Positions 9,236-19,516 of a stretch of 64,000 bases of DNA are shown here, in pieces (the stretch's first letter is position 1; every line of letters starts with the position of its first letter). This DNA is from Spirochaetia bacterium (GTDB lineage: Bacteria; Spirochaetota; Spirochaetia; SZUA-6; Bin103). Made by a program: the position numbers and the translations under genes. The stretch is from positions 5,728,001 to 5,792,000 of the forward strand of contig CBDBDQ010000005.1 of NCBI GenBank assembly GCA_965203905.1. The letters run 5' to 3'. The notes below the pieces were generated by a model that saw nothing but the letters and a program-made list of their open reading frames with translations, had not been told where the DNA came from and ran no database searches.

Positions 9236-9655
9236 ATGTCTGATACCCCCCCTGCCGATCCGGTTTCGCCACCGCTGGCGGTGCCGGAGTCCAATCCCGC
9301 TCCTCGCCGCGAAGCGGCCGCCGCCGCTGCGCCTCCGCGCGGCGCGGCGGAATACGCCGGCGGCATGCGCGAGAGGCGCGACGGCCCGCCGGGCGAGCGG
9401 CGCGAAGGTCGCGTTCGGACCCGCCAGGGACGGCCGTTCTACCGCAAGAAGTTCTGCAAGTTCTGTGCTCGCAGCGGCTCTGGTGCGGTGATCATCGACT
9501 ACAAGGAAATCGATACGCTGCGCCGCTATACCACCGACCGAGGCAAGATCCTGCCACGCCGCGTGACCGGCAATTGCGCCAAGTGCCAGCGCAAGCTGTC
9601 GGCGGCGATCAAGCGCGCCCGCGCGCTGGCCCTGCTACCATTCACGGCACAGTAG
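9236..9655 (+). CDS. rpsR: 30S ribosomal protein S18 with N-terminal low-complexity extension
   Basis: [54 protein letters not shown]; GAGGA before ATG 9236. Confidence 0.93.
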   Translation: MSDTPPADPVSPPLAVPESNPAPRREAAAAAAPPRGAAEYAGGMRERRDGPPGERREGRVRTRQGRPFYRKKFCKFCARSGSGAVIIDYKEIDTLRRYTTDRGKILPRRVTGNCAKCQRKLSAAIKRARALALLPFTAQ

Positions 9656-9695
9656 GAGCAGCGGCAGGGACGCTGCACCGCCGGGCCTGCGCCAG

Positions 9696-10709
9696 ATGAA
9701 CAACCGCGGACTCCCCAACCGGGTGTGGATTGAAATCGGGGTGTTTACGGCGGTGAGCCTCGGGCTCCACCTGCTGGCTCCCGGCGTGTTTCTGTTTCTG
9801 ATTCCTTTGCAGGTACTGGCGGTCCGGCGCGGAACCAGCGCGTTCGGATACGCGGTTCTGCTGCTGGCCTTGCTGGCGGCGGTGGTCGAGCTTGCCACGA
9901 GCGGGGCGCGCGCCGAGTTGCCCGCCGCCGAGGGCTACCTGCACAACGTCCAGCTGTTCCTGTCCGCGGTGCTGCTCGGTGGCTTGTGGCTGGTGAATGA
10001 GTCGCGCGTGCTCCCCTACCGCCATCTGGTTCGGATCATCATTGTCACGGGGGTCGCCGGATTGGTCGCGATCCCATTCGTCGGCGGCCTGATCAGCGAT
10101 CCGGAATTCGCTCCGGCGATGCGCGCGTACGTGGCCGACCAGCCGTTGTTGCGCATGAGTCTCAATCCGTCCGCCACGCTGGATGCTCCGCCGCCGAGCC
10201 TCGCTGCGGTGGAGCAGTTCGCCACCATGATCGGCGAAATACTGCTGCGTGGCGTTCTGTTTCTGTACCTGGTGTATCTGGTGACCGCGTGGTGGCTCGG
10301 TTCGCTGTGGGGCGCCCGCACGATCGGCATGCGGTCGCCGATCGGGAAAATCATCGCCTTCCGGCTCGAGCCCTGGTGCATCTGGGCGATACTCCTGAGC
10401 GGCGCGGTGGTGCTCGGTGACGCTTTGCTCGGCGACATCGGTCTGCTAAGCTACGTTGGCTGGAACGTATTCTCCGTATTCCTGTTCCTGTTCGCCTTGC
10501 AGGGGATCGGGGTCTTGCAGTGGCTCTACCGGCGCTACAACGTGCCCGGCCCGATGCGGGTGATGATCGGCGTCGCCCTGGTGTTCATGCTGTTTCGGCC
10601 GGTGCTGACGTTCGTGCCGGTGTTCGGCCTGCCGCTCCTGGGAATCTCGGAGACCTGGGTGGACTTCAAGCGCCCCATGCCGGGGGACCACCAGACCAAC
10701 GTTACGTGA
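9696..10709 (+). CDS. DUF2232/YybS-like membrane protein
   Basis: Polytopic hydrophobic protein, FALQGIGV and LGISETWVDFK motifs, usual position between rpsR and rplI. Confidence 0.8.
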   Translation: MNNRGLPNRVWIEIGVFTAVSLGLHLLAPGVFLFLIPLQVLAVRRGTSAFGYAVLLLALLAAVVELATSGARAELPAAEGYLHNVQLFLSAVLLGGLWLVNESRVLPYRHLVRIIIVTGVAGLVAIPFVGGLISDPEFAPAMRAYVADQPLLRMSLNPSATLDAPPPSLAAVEQFATMIGEILLRGVLFLYLVYLVTAWWLGSLWGARTIGMRSPIGKIIAFRLEPWCIWAILLSGAVVLGDALLGDIGLLSYVGWNVFSVFLFLFALQGIGVLQWLYRRYNVPGPMRVMIGVALVFMLFRPVLTFVPVFGLPLLGISETWVDFKRPMPGDHQTNVT

Positions 10710-10734
10710 TCGTATTGGACAACGGGAGGAAGTC

Positions 10735-11187
10735 ATGAGGGTTATTCTGCAACAGGATGTGCTGGGTCTCGGCGAAGAGGGGGACGTGTGCGACGTGGCG
10801 CCCGGCTATGCGCGCAATTTCCTGTTCCGCAAGCGGGCGGCACTTCCCTTCACCGACCACGCGATGACCCTGCTGGAGCACCGTCGCGAGTCGATCGAGC
10901 GGCGCAAGCAAGAGAAGCGCGTGGGAGCCGCGGGGCTGCGCGAGCGGCTGGAAGCGGAGGAACTCACCTTTCGCATGACCGCCGGGGTGAGCGGCAAGCT
11001 GTTCGGCTCCATCACCAGCGTCGCCATCGCGGGGGAGCTGGAGCGGCGCGGCTTCGACGTCGATCGTCGCCGTATCGAGGTGCCCGACCACTCCCTGAAG
11101 ATGGTTGGCGAGCACACCGTGCGGATCCGCCTGTATGAAAATCAGGCGGCCGACATCAAGGTGACGATCGAGTCCGACGCCGACTGA
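10735..11187 (+). CDS. rplI: 50S ribosomal protein L9
   Basis: MRVILQQDVLGLG, VAPGYARNFL, GKLFGSIT. Confidence 0.97.
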   Translation: MRVILQQDVLGLGEEGDVCDVAPGYARNFLFRKRAALPFTDHAMTLLEHRRESIERRKQEKRVGAAGLRERLEAEELTFRMTAGVSGKLFGSITSVAIAGELERRGFDVDRRRIEVPDHSLKMVGEHTVRIRLYENQAADIKVTIESDAD

Positions 11188-11191
11188 CCTC

Positions 11192-12553
11192 GTGGCTCGC
11201 AGCGCCGCGACATTGCCGCCCGCTCCGTCAGGGGAGGGGCTGCCGGACTCGGTACCGCCCCACAACCTCGATGCGGAGCGGGCGACCCTCGGGGCCGTGT
11301 TGCTGGACCCCGAGGCGCTTTCCACCGTGCTGCGCTATCTGCGCGCGGACGACTTCTATCGCGCGGCCCACCGCAAGATTTTCGAGGGCATCCTGGCGCT
11401 GTACGAACGCAATGAGCCGTTTGATCTCATCACGCTGAGCGACGAGCTCAGCCGTTCCGGCGACCTGGAGGCGTGCGGCGGCTCCGCGGAGATCTCCCAG
11501 CTCACGTCGGCGGTCCCCAGCAGCGCCAACGTCGAGCAATACGCGCAGATCGTCCAAGCCCGGAGCATTCGCCGCGAGTTGCAACGGATCGCGGCTTCCA
11601 TCATCGCGGACTCGTTCGACGGCACCCAGGATGAACGCTACATCATCGAGTCGGCGGAGCAGCGCATCTTCGAGATTACCGACCGCCAGCAGATCGGCGC
11701 GGTGCGCCTGGCCCGTGAGGTGATCAACCAGACCGTGGCGGCCATCGAGCAGCTCTCCAAGGCCGGCGGCAGCTACACCGGCATCCCCAGCGGCTTCCCG
11801 GATCTCGACAACCTGACCAGCGGCTTCCAGGACTCCGAGTTCGTGGTGATCGGCGCCCGGCCGTCCGTCGGCAAGACCGCATTGGCTCTGACCATGGCGG
11901 CCAACATCGCGGTCCAGCAACGCCGTCCGGTGGGCTTTTTCACCCTGGAGATGTCCGCAGTCGCACTGATGCAGCGGCTGCTCGCCAGCGAGGCGCGACT
12001 GGACTCGAACCGCATTCGATCGGGACTGTTGCGGGCATCGGACTTTCACAAGATCGCCGACGCGGCGGCGCGCATGTACGACGCACCGCTGTACATCGAA
12101 GACTCGCCCAACCTCAAGCTGCTCGACCTGCGCGCCCAGGCGCGGCGCATGAAGTCCAGCCATGCCGTGGAGATCATCTTCATCGACTACCTCACGCTGA
12201 TAACCTCCGAGCATCCGGAACTGGCGCGCTGGGAGCAGTTCACCGAGGTCAGCCGCTCGCTGAAGGCGCTGGCCCGCGAGCTGGACCTGCCGGTGGTGGC
12301 GCTGTCTCAGGTGCGGCGCGAGACCGAGGGCAAGCTGCCGACCCTCGCCGATCTGCGCGAGTCGGGCTCGATCGAGCAGGATGCCGACGTGGTGATGTTC
12401 CTGCATCGCGAGCGCGGCACGGACGAGAACCTGAACGATGTCGAAACGGAGCTGATCGTGGCCAAGCAGCGCAACGGTCCGGTGGGCAAGGTCAACCTGG
12501 CGTTCATTCCCGAGTACACCAAGTTCGAGTCACTCTCGCACCAGACGCAGTGA
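11192..12553 (+). CDS. dnaB: Replicative DNA helicase DnaB
   Basis: PPHNLDAE, GARPSVGKT, IFIDYL, LADLRESGSIEQDADVV, AKQRNGPVG. Confidence 0.97.
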   Translation: MARSAATLPPAPSGEGLPDSVPPHNLDAERATLGAVLLDPEALSTVLRYLRADDFYRAAHRKIFEGILALYERNEPFDLITLSDELSRSGDLEACGGSAEISQLTSAVPSSANVEQYAQIVQARSIRRELQRIAASIIADSFDGTQDERYIIESAEQRIFEITDRQQIGAVRLAREVINQTVAAIEQLSKAGGSYTGIPSGFPDLDNLTSGFQDSEFVVIGARPSVGKTALALTMAANIAVQQRRPVGFFTLEMSAVALMQRLLASEARLDSNRIRSGLLRASDFHKIADAAARMYDAPLYIEDSPNLKLLDLRAQARRMKSSHAVEIIFIDYLTLITSEHPELARWEQFTEVSRSLKALARELDLPVVALSQVRRETEGKLPTLADLRESGSIEQDADVVMFLHRERGTDENLNDVETELIVAKQRNGPVGKVNLAFIPEYTKFESLSHQTQ

Positions 12554-12558
12554 CCGGG

Positions 12559-14661
12559 TCAACCGTCACTGAGGAATCGCCGCGCGCCGGGTGAGTGGGT
12601 GTAGCTGCCGCCCCGTGCTACCGCCAGCCAATCGAAGCCGCGGAACAGGTACAGGTCGAACAACACGGCGTGGGTGCTGCGGTCCCAGACGGTGAACGTT
12701 CCATCGGCGTTGTGCGCCAGCAGCAAGTCGGCCGCGACGCCGAGCTGCCGCGGTCGGTGACCGGACCGTTCCATCGCCACCAGGCGCCGGCCATCCCATA
12801 CCCGCACCGTGTCCAGGCCCAGCGACGAATACACCATACGTCCGTCCGGCGCGGCGACCAGGGAGGCGAACAGGTCTTCGCCGGCGTAGGCATCGAGGAT
12901 CCGCTCCTGCACCAGGGTCGTGCCGCTGCGGCGCTTCAACACGGTTCGCGCCTGGGCCCCCCCGGCGCCGGCGCGCGCGGACTCCACGCCGAGGGTCAGA
13001 AGCTGGCCGCTGGCATGCTGGGCCAGGTCGTAGATGAGCAGTGCGGCGTCCGGGAGCAGGACGGTCTCGGCGGTAGCGGTATCGATCTGCAGCAGCGGGG
13101 CGGCGGCGGCCGACGCCCTGCTGCGGCCGGCAACGAGGCGCTGGCCGGTACCGGCGACCTTGCTGGCGCCGGGGGCCCAGAACCGCTGCTGCGGCGGCAA
13201 CGGGACCAGGGGGTCCGCGCTGAGCACCTGCGCCAGCGAGTACAGCCGAATCTCGCCACGGCGATCCAGCAGCAACAGCTGTTGGTCGAGGACGCTTGCC
13301 TGGGCCAGCGCTGCCGGCAGGCCGGTAAGCCGGAGCTGAAAGCCACCGGTCAGCGGGTCCAGCGTGCCGAGACTGCCGCTGTCTCCCTCGCGGTTCCACA
13401 GCAGAACCAGGCTGCGCGAGCGCGTGGGGGGCGCGGCCCGGGGCGTCACCACGGTCAGTCCCACGGCGGCTTGCAACGGGTTGATCAGGTGCCGCTGGCT
13501 GATCACCCGCGGCAGCCGCGGGGCGCGGGGGCCGGTGACCGCGGCCGCGGGCGGAGCGGTAGACGCCGTCCGTGCCAGGGCCAGCCGTGACCTGGTTGCC
13601 ACCACGATCGTGTCGTCGGCGACTGCCAGTTGCGCATCCGGCAGCAGTTCATTGCGGGCGAAGGGCCGTACGGCGCCCGCGCGATACTCGGCAATGCTCC
13701 CGGGCTGGGCAATGAAGAGCGAGTAGTCGGCGGCGGCGATGGCGCTCACCGCTCCCCTCAGCATCACCGGTACGCTGGCGTAGCCGGTCAGCCTGCGGTC
13801 GGAGCGCAGGCGACGCACCACTACCCCGCCGCCGGACTCCACGGGTGCGGGCTCCAGCAGCAGGACCTGAGGCATCTGCTCCGACGTCGTGAACAGCGCG
13901 TCGCTCGACACCGAGACGCGGCCCCGCACCCGACCGGTCACCACGTCGATGGCCACGATCTCCTCGCCTGCCCGCGCCACCAGCAGCGCCTTGTCGGCGC
14001 TCACGGAAATCTGTTCCAGCCCCGGCAGCGTGGCCACCTCCGCCTGCAGGCGGGCACTGACGGCCTCCCAGTAGCGGATCTTGCCGGTGGGCTGGTAGGT
14101 CATGATGGTCCGCTCGTTGGTCGAGCTGGCAACGAACGAGACGATCCCGAGATCGGCCGGCAGTCTCTGGCGGGGCCGGCCGCTGAGCGCGTCCAGAAAC
14201 ACCACGCTGTCGAACCGTGGCATGGTGTAGACCAGGGCCGAGCCGCGGCTGGTAAAGCCGACGTGCAGCGGTGGTTCGGTCAGTGGCCGGCCGTACAGCC
14301 GGCGTCCGGAACGCCAGTCCCATACCTCCAGCAGGTTGTCGCCGGTGGCGGAGCGCAGCACGGCGGCGAGCAGGCTGCCCCCCGGTTGCAGTGCAATGCG
14401 CGCCACGCGGTGCACGCCCAGGCGCAGGTGCTGGACGAGGTGGCCGCTGCTCCGGTTCCAGACTCGTACCGAGCCGTCCTCTCCGGCCGAGAACAGCAGC
14501 CGCCGTTGCGGGTCGTATTCCAGGTCCGTGACCACTCCCGCGTGGCCGCTGTTGATCAGCGGCCCGGGGACGGCGCTCGCGGGGATGCCGGCCGCCGTGA
14601 GCAGCACCAACACCCAGGCCGCCAGCAGCGGCGCGGCGGGACCCCGACGACTCGCGATCAC
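12559..14661 (-). CDS. Secreted WD40/beta-propeller protein
   Basis: Signal peptide; GHAGVVTDL...LFSAGEDGSVRVWN WD40 repeat; further VRVWD/FTVWD repeats. Confidence 0.75.
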   Translation of the reverse strand: MIASRRGPAAPLLAAWVLVLLTAAGIPASAVPGPLINSGHAGVVTDLEYDPQRRLLFSAGEDGSVRVWNRSSGHLVQHLRLGVHRVARIALQPGGSLLAAVLRSATGDNLLEVWDWRSGRRLYGRPLTEPPLHVGFTSRGSALVYTMPRFDSVVFLDALSGRPRQRLPADLGIVSFVASSTNERTIMTYQPTGKIRYWEAVSARLQAEVATLPGLEQISVSADKALLVARAGEEIVAIDVVTGRVRGRVSVSSDALFTTSEQMPQVLLLEPAPVESGGGVVVRRLRSDRRLTGYASVPVMLRGAVSAIAAADYSLFIAQPGSIAEYRAGAVRPFARNELLPDAQLAVADDTIVVATRSRLALARTASTAPPAAAVTGPRAPRLPRVISQRHLINPLQAAVGLTVVTPRAAPPTRSRSLVLLWNREGDSGSLGTLDPLTGGFQLRLTGLPAALAQASVLDQQLLLLDRRGEIRLYSLAQVLSADPLVPLPPQQRFWAPGASKVAGTGQRLVAGRSRASAAAAPLLQIDTATAETVLLPDAALLIYDLAQHASGQLLTLGVESARAGAGGAQARTVLKRRSGTTLVQERILDAYAGEDLFASLVAAPDGRMVYSSLGLDTVRVWDGRRLVAMERSGHRPRQLGVAADLLLAHNADGTFTVWDRSTHAVLFDLYLFRGFDWLAVARGGSYTHSPGARRFLSDG

Positions 14662-14668
14662 CGGGGAG

Positions 14669-16021
14669 CTACCTTCCCGCGAAGAACAGGATGTCGCTGA
14701 AGGTGGCGGCGATGGCGAGAAACAGCAGCAGCGGCAGCCCCAGCGTCTGAATGCGATACACGATTGCCGGTCGTAGCGGCCGGCCGCGCACCAATTCGGC
14801 GACGTACAGCGCGAGGTGGCCCCCGTCGAGCGCCGGCAGCGGCAGCAGGTTCATCACGAACAGGACGGTGCTGATCAGGCACAGCAGGCGGAAGAACTGT
14901 ACCAGGCCGACACCGATGCCGCGCTCGAAGCCGTCGGATGCGGCCCGGCCCACGACGTAGGTGATGCGCAGCGGCCCCGCCACGGCGGTCTGCGGGTTGC
15001 CGCGGAACAGCAGCCGAAAGCCGCCGATGGCCGCGCCGATGGTGCGCATCGTGTCGTCCGCGCCACGCACCAGCGACTCGCCCGGCGACATCCGCGGGGA
15101 ACGCGATGCGGGGACCTGAAAGCTGAAGCCCGGGTCGAGTGGGTTGCCGGAGAGCGGCAGCGTGACTTCGGCCTGCGACCCGGTGCGCTCCACGGTGAAC
15201 ACCGCCTGCGGCCGGTTGCTCCGGAGCTGCTGCACCACGTCGATGGAGTGGCGCACCGTGACGCCGTCCACCGCCACTACACGGTCGCCGGAGCGCAAGC
15301 CCGCGGCGGCGGCCGCACTACCCGCGCGCACCGCGAGCAGGGGTTCGATCCACGGGTACACCCAGATACGGCCGGCCAGCGTTTCGGGATCCAGCTCCGG
15401 AACGATGGGAATCGCGAGCAGCGTGCCGGCGCGCTCCACGGTGAGGTGCAGCGTGCGTTCCGGTGCCGCCGCAACGCGCACCCGCAACTCCTGGAAGTTG
15501 GCGATCTCGCGGCCGTCGATGCGCACGATGCGGTCGCCCGTGTGCAGCCCCGCAACGGTAGCCGGCGGGGACTCGGACACCGCGTCGATGTGGTAATCCG
15601 AGGCCAGGACGATGCGGTTGCCGGGGCTGTCGATGCGAAACCCGATCCACCAGATCAGGCTCAGCACCAGGATGGCGAAGATGAGGTTGGCCAGCGGCCC
15701 GGCAACGATGATGGCGATGCGGCGCCAGGCGCTGGCGGCGAAGAACGACCCCGGCTCCTGGAGCACATCATCGCTCCCCAGGCGCATCGCCTCACGCAGC
15801 CCCTCGTCGCCCTTCATCTTGCAGTACCCCCCCAGGGGGAACCAGGAAATCTGGTAGGTGGTGCCGCGCCAGCGACAGCCGATCATCTGCCCGCCCCAGC
15901 CGAGGGAGAAAACCTCTACCTGGACGCCGTTGGCCTTGGCCGCCAGGAAATGGCCGAGCTCATGGACGAACACCATGATGCCGAGGCCGAGGATGCCGAA
16001 CAGGATGGTGATGACCAGCAT
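14669..16021 (-). CDS. rseP: RIP metalloprotease RseP
   Basis: VHELGHFLAAK, FPLGGYCKM, AGPLAN, two PDZ domains, NLLPLPALDGGH; start at MLVITILF. Confidence 0.95.
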   Translation of the reverse strand: MLVITILFGILGLGIMVFVHELGHFLAAKANGVQVEVFSLGWGGQMIGCRWRGTTYQISWFPLGGYCKMKGDEGLREAMRLGSDDVLQEPGSFFAASAWRRIAIIVAGPLANLIFAILVLSLIWWIGFRIDSPGNRIVLASDYHIDAVSESPPATVAGLHTGDRIVRIDGREIANFQELRVRVAAAPERTLHLTVERAGTLLAIPIVPELDPETLAGRIWVYPWIEPLLAVRAGSAAAAAGLRSGDRVVAVDGVTVRHSIDVVQQLRSNRPQAVFTVERTGSQAEVTLPLSGNPLDPGFSFQVPASRSPRMSPGESLVRGADDTMRTIGAAIGGFRLLFRGNPQTAVAGPLRITYVVGRAASDGFERGIGVGLVQFFRLLCLISTVLFVMNLLPLPALDGGHLALYVAELVRGRPLRPAIVYRIQTLGLPLLLFLAIAATFSDILFFAGR

Positions 16022-16023
16022 GT

Positions 16024-16920
16024 TCAAGCGCCGGGTGTCCCGTGCACCGTCTGCATCCAGAGGAAGAACACCGGGGCACACAGCAGCGTCGAGTCGATCG
16101 AGTCCAGCAACCCGCCGCGGCCCGGAATGAGGACGCCGGAGTCCTTGACCTGCGCGGCGCGCTTCATGGCCGACTCCACGAGATCGCCGAGCGCTGCGCA
16201 GACACCGATTGCCACCCCTCCCATAGCTGCTTCAAAGGTACCGAAGCGCGGTGCCCCGGGAAACAGCGCGCGGGCGACGAGCAAGGCCCCCACCGACGCC
16301 GCTATGCCCGCGACGTATCCTACCACGGTCTTGGCAGGGCTGGCGGGCAGGCCGATGGCGGTGCGCCCGCGCGCCAGCTTGCCGGCCACGTACGCTATGG
16401 TGTCATTGCCGAACACGGCGACGAAGAAGGTCAGCAGCATCCAGCGCGGCTCACCGATGCCGGCGAGGCGCACGATGTAGCCGATCAGCAGCCCGGGATA
16501 GCAGGAGGCGAACAGGGTGGCGGCGGCGTATTGCAGCGTGCGTGCGGTCTGCGTGCGCCCGTCCGGTTGCGGCAGTTGCGCCGTCGTCAGCACCGACACC
16601 GACAACACCGCCGCCACCACGACGGTCACTGCGGCGCCGGCCGTACGGGCGCCGAGCAGGTCCCAGTTTTCGAGGTACGCGGTGGCGGGAAAGAGGGCGG
16701 CACAGAAGCCGGCGAGGCGCCAGTCTCCAGCGATCTGCCGGCGTTTGAACAAGCCGGCCACTTCCTGCGACCCCAACACCGCAGCGAGCGTGCAGCACAG
16801 AGTAAACGGCAGATGCCGGTAGACCGGCAGAACGAAGATCAGCAGGAAGAAGAAAGGGATCGCCGCCAACAACAGGAGCACGCGCACCCAGAAACGATCG
16901 GCAGCCAGCGTCTTCTGCAC
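16024..16920 (-). CDS. cdsA: Phosphatidate cytidylyltransferase
   Basis: NDTIAYVAG, SPAKT, GDLVESAMKRAAQVKDSGVLIPGRGGLLDSIDS. Confidence 0.93.
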   Translation of the reverse strand: MQKTLAADRFWVRVLLLLAAIPFFFLLIFVLPVYRHLPFTLCCTLAAVLGSQEVAGLFKRRQIAGDWRLAGFCAALFPATAYLENWDLLGARTAGAAVTVVVAAVLSVSVLTTAQLPQPDGRTQTARTLQYAAATLFASCYPGLLIGYIVRLAGIGEPRWMLLTFFVAVFGNDTIAYVAGKLARGRTAIGLPASPAKTVVGYVAGIAASVGALLVARALFPGAPRFGTFEAAMGGVAIGVCAALGDLVESAMKRAAQVKDSGVLIPGRGGLLDSIDSTLLCAPVFFLWMQTVHGTPGA

Positions 16921-17026
16921 GCCTCAAGGTCCTCCGGTTCGTCTGCGGCTCCGGGTTACCGGTCCGCGTCTAGCGCCCCGTGACCGTCGCCTGTACGGCG
17001 ACGCTCCCGGCCCAGCCTCGCCGTTC

Positions 17027-17578
17027 CTAGATCTCCATTATCTCCTTTTCTTTGGCGGTGAGCAGCTCGTTGATCTCGGCGATGCGCTCATCGGTCAGAG
17101 TCTGCACCTGGTCCGATTCGCGCTTGGCCGCGTCCTCGCTGAGACCTTCCTTCTTCTGTTGCTTGATATTCTCGTTGAGATCGCGGCGGATGTTGCGCAC
17201 CGCTACCCGGGCCTGCTCGGCGGCGTTCCGCGCCTGCCGTACGATCTCCTTGCGCCGTTCCTCGGTCAATGGGGGAATGCTGATGCGGATCACTTTGCCG
17301 TCGTTGCTTGGGTTGAGGGACAGGTCGGACTTCTGAATCGCGCGTTCGATCCCGCTCAGGGTGGATCGGTCCCACGGTTGGATGATCACCAGCCGTGCCT
17401 CGGGAATCGAAATCGTGGCGGTCTGGTTCAATGGCATCTGCTGGCCGTACGCCTCGACCCGGATCTTGTCGAACATGGCGGCGCTGGCGCGTCCGGTCCG
17501 AATCGTCTTGAACTCACCCACCAGCGCGTCGATCGACTTCTGCATTCGCTGTTTCGCCTCAACGGCGGAATCGGCCAT
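17027..17578 (-). CDS. frr: Ribosome recycling factor
   Basis: IRTGRAS, IQPWD, LNPSNDG, PPLTEERRKE, RVAVRNIRRD. Confidence 0.97.
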   Translation of the reverse strand: MADSAVEAKQRMQKSIDALVGEFKTIRTGRASAAMFDKIRVEAYGQQMPLNQTATISIPEARLVIIQPWDRSTLSGIERAIQKSDLSLNPSNDGKVIRISIPPLTEERRKEIVRQARNAAEQARVAVRNIRRDLNENIKQQKKEGLSEDAAKRESDQVQTLTDERIAEINELLTAKEKEIMEI

Positions 17579-17605
17579 GGTTCCCTCCTCGACGCCTCGT
17601 TCGGT

Positions 17606-18469
17606 CTAACCGGCCGTGGCGCCTTCGCCCACCTTGTAGTAGACGTAGTCGACCACCGACACCTCCGTGCCGAGCTCCTTGCCGAGTTCGGCCATTACCT
17701 GCTTCACGCTCAGCTTCTGTTCCTTCACGAACGGCTGCTCGAGCAGGCAGATCTCCTGCAGGTGCTTGCGCAGCTTGCCCTTGACGATTCCGTCCACGAC
17801 CTTGGGCGGCTTGTCCAGGGACTCCGCCTGCTTGCGAAAGATCGCTTCCTGCTCCGCCAGGTACTCCTCGGCGACCCGATCGGTCGCCAGGAACGGCGGC
17901 GCGAACGCAGCCACGTGGAGTGCCAGATCGAACGCCACCTGGCCCATGCGCTCCTCCTGCGCCTTGGCGGCGTCGGCGGCGTGCAACTTGACCAGGACCC
18001 CGATATTGCCTTCGCCGTGGAGGTAGTGGGCCACGCGATCTCCGTCGGTCAGGGCCACGCTGCGGAACCTGCGCAGAGCGATGTTCTCCTTGATCCTGCT
18101 GACGGCCTCGGTGATCAATTGCTGCATGTGCTCGGTAGGCGCTTCCAGGTGCTCTCGCGCGACCTCGGCGACCAGCCGTTCGCCCAGCTCCACGAATTGG
18201 GCGTTGCGGGCGACGAAGTCGGTCTCACTGGAGAGCTCCAGAATGGCAGCCGAGCCATTTACCGTGGAGAATACCCGTCCTTCGGTGGTTGCTCGCCCGC
18301 TGCGCTTGGCGGCAGCGGACAGTCCCATCTCCCTGAGCCGGCGTTCGGCGGCGGCGAGGTCGCCGCCGGCGTCCACCAACGCCCGCTTGCAGTCCATCAT
18401 CCCAGCCCCGGTCTGCTCCCGGAGTCGCTTTACATCTTGAGCGGAGATTGCCAATTGTTGCTCCTGCAT
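17606..18469 (-). CDS. tsf: Elongation factor Ts
   Basis: VKRLREQTGAGMMDCKRAL, ETDFVARN, CLLEQPFVK. Confidence 0.97.
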   Translation of the reverse strand: MQEQQLAISAQDVKRLREQTGAGMMDCKRALVDAGGDLAAAERRLREMGLSAAAKRSGRATTEGRVFSTVNGSAAILELSSETDFVARNAQFVELGERLVAEVAREHLEAPTEHMQQLITEAVSRIKENIALRRFRSVALTDGDRVAHYLHGEGNIGVLVKLHAADAAKAQEERMGQVAFDLALHVAAFAPPFLATDRVAEEYLAEQEAIFRKQAESLDKPPKVVDGIVKGKLRKHLQEICLLEQPFVKEQKLSVKQVMAELGKELGTEVSVVDYVYYKVGEGATAG

Positions 18470-18520
18470 CGATTACCGGCGCGCAGCGCGGTCAGCGCCG
18501 CTGGCGCCGCCGGTCACTGG

Positions 18521-19516
18521 TCAACGCGCTTCGTAGAGGGTGTCTTCGTCGATACCCGCTTTTTCGGTGACCGTTTCCGGCTCCAGTTGCTGCTGATCCT
18601 TGTCGGCTTCTTCACCCGGGTCGTAGTTGGAATAGTCCTGGTCGGTGAAACTGTCCTGGGCGTCCTCGCTAGTCACCGCCGCCCCTGCCATTTCACCGAG
18701 CGAGACGGTCTCGATCTCCATCGCCGACTCGACGTCGTAGTCTTCGCCGTACTCGTCCTTGTCGATGATCTGGTCGAAGTCGTACTCCTCGCTGCGATCT
18801 TCGTCCTGCAGCGTCTCGATGACCTCCAGGCCCACCTCGTTCTCCGCTTCGACCACCGCGTTGGCGACGATCTGGGTAAACAGGTTGATCGCCCGGATGG
18901 CGTCGTCGTTGCCCGGAATGGGCAGGTCGATGACGTCCGGATTGCAGTTGGTGTCGACGATTGCCACCACCGGGATCTTCATCTTGTTGGCCTCGGCAAT
19001 GGCGATGGCTTCCTTGCGGGTGTCGACTACGAACATGACCCCCGGCAGATCCTTCATCTCCTTGATACCGCCGAGATTGCGCTCCAGCCGCGCCTGCTCC
19101 TTCTGCATCCGGGAAATCTCTTTCTTGGTCATGTTGGCGAAGGTGCCGTCCACTTCCATCTTCTCGATCTTCTTCAGCTTGAGCAGGGACCGCTTCATGG
19201 TGGCGAAGTTGGTGAGCATCCCACCGAGCCAGCGGGTGTTGACGTAGTACATGTTGCAGCGCCGGGCTTCACGCTCGATCGACTGCTGTGCCTGCTTCTT
19301 GGTGCCGACGAACAGGACGTGCTTGCCGGCGAGGACGTTCTGGCGTACCGCCTCGTAGGCTTCCTTGATGGCGGTGATGGTCTTCTGCAGGTCGATGATG
19401 TGGATTCCATTGCGCTCGGCGAAGATGTAGCGCGCCATGCGCGGATCCCAGCGCTTGGTCTGGTGCCCGAAGTGGACTCCGGACTCCAGCAGGTTCTTCA
19501 TGGTGACGACGGCCAA
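18521..19516 (-). CDS. rpsB: 30S ribosomal protein S2 with long acidic C-terminal tail
   Basis: [41 protein letters not shown]. Confidence 0.97.
   Translation of the reverse strand: MAVVTMKNLLESGVHFGHQTKRWDPRMARYIFAERNGIHIIDLQKTITAIKEAYEAVRQNVLAGKHVLFVGTKKQAQQSIEREARRCNMYYVNTRWLGGMLTNFATMKRSLLKLKKIEKMEVDGTFANMTKKEISRMQKEQARLERNLGGIKEMKDLPGVMFVVDTRKEAIAIAEANKMKIPVVAIVDTNCNPDVIDLPIPGNDDAIRAINLFTQIVANAVVEAENEVGLEVIETLQDEDRSEEYDFDQIIDKDEYGEDYDVESAMEIETVSLGEMAGAAVTSEDAQDSFTDQDYSNYDPGEEADKDQQQLEPETVTEKAGIDEDTLYEAR

Noticed and set aside
16921-17026. Possible uppS remnant (RERRR-like codons) between frr and cdsA
   Set aside because: Only a few residues resemble the UppS C-terminus; equally explained by a GC-rich hairpin (CGTCGCC-TGTAC-GGCGACG).
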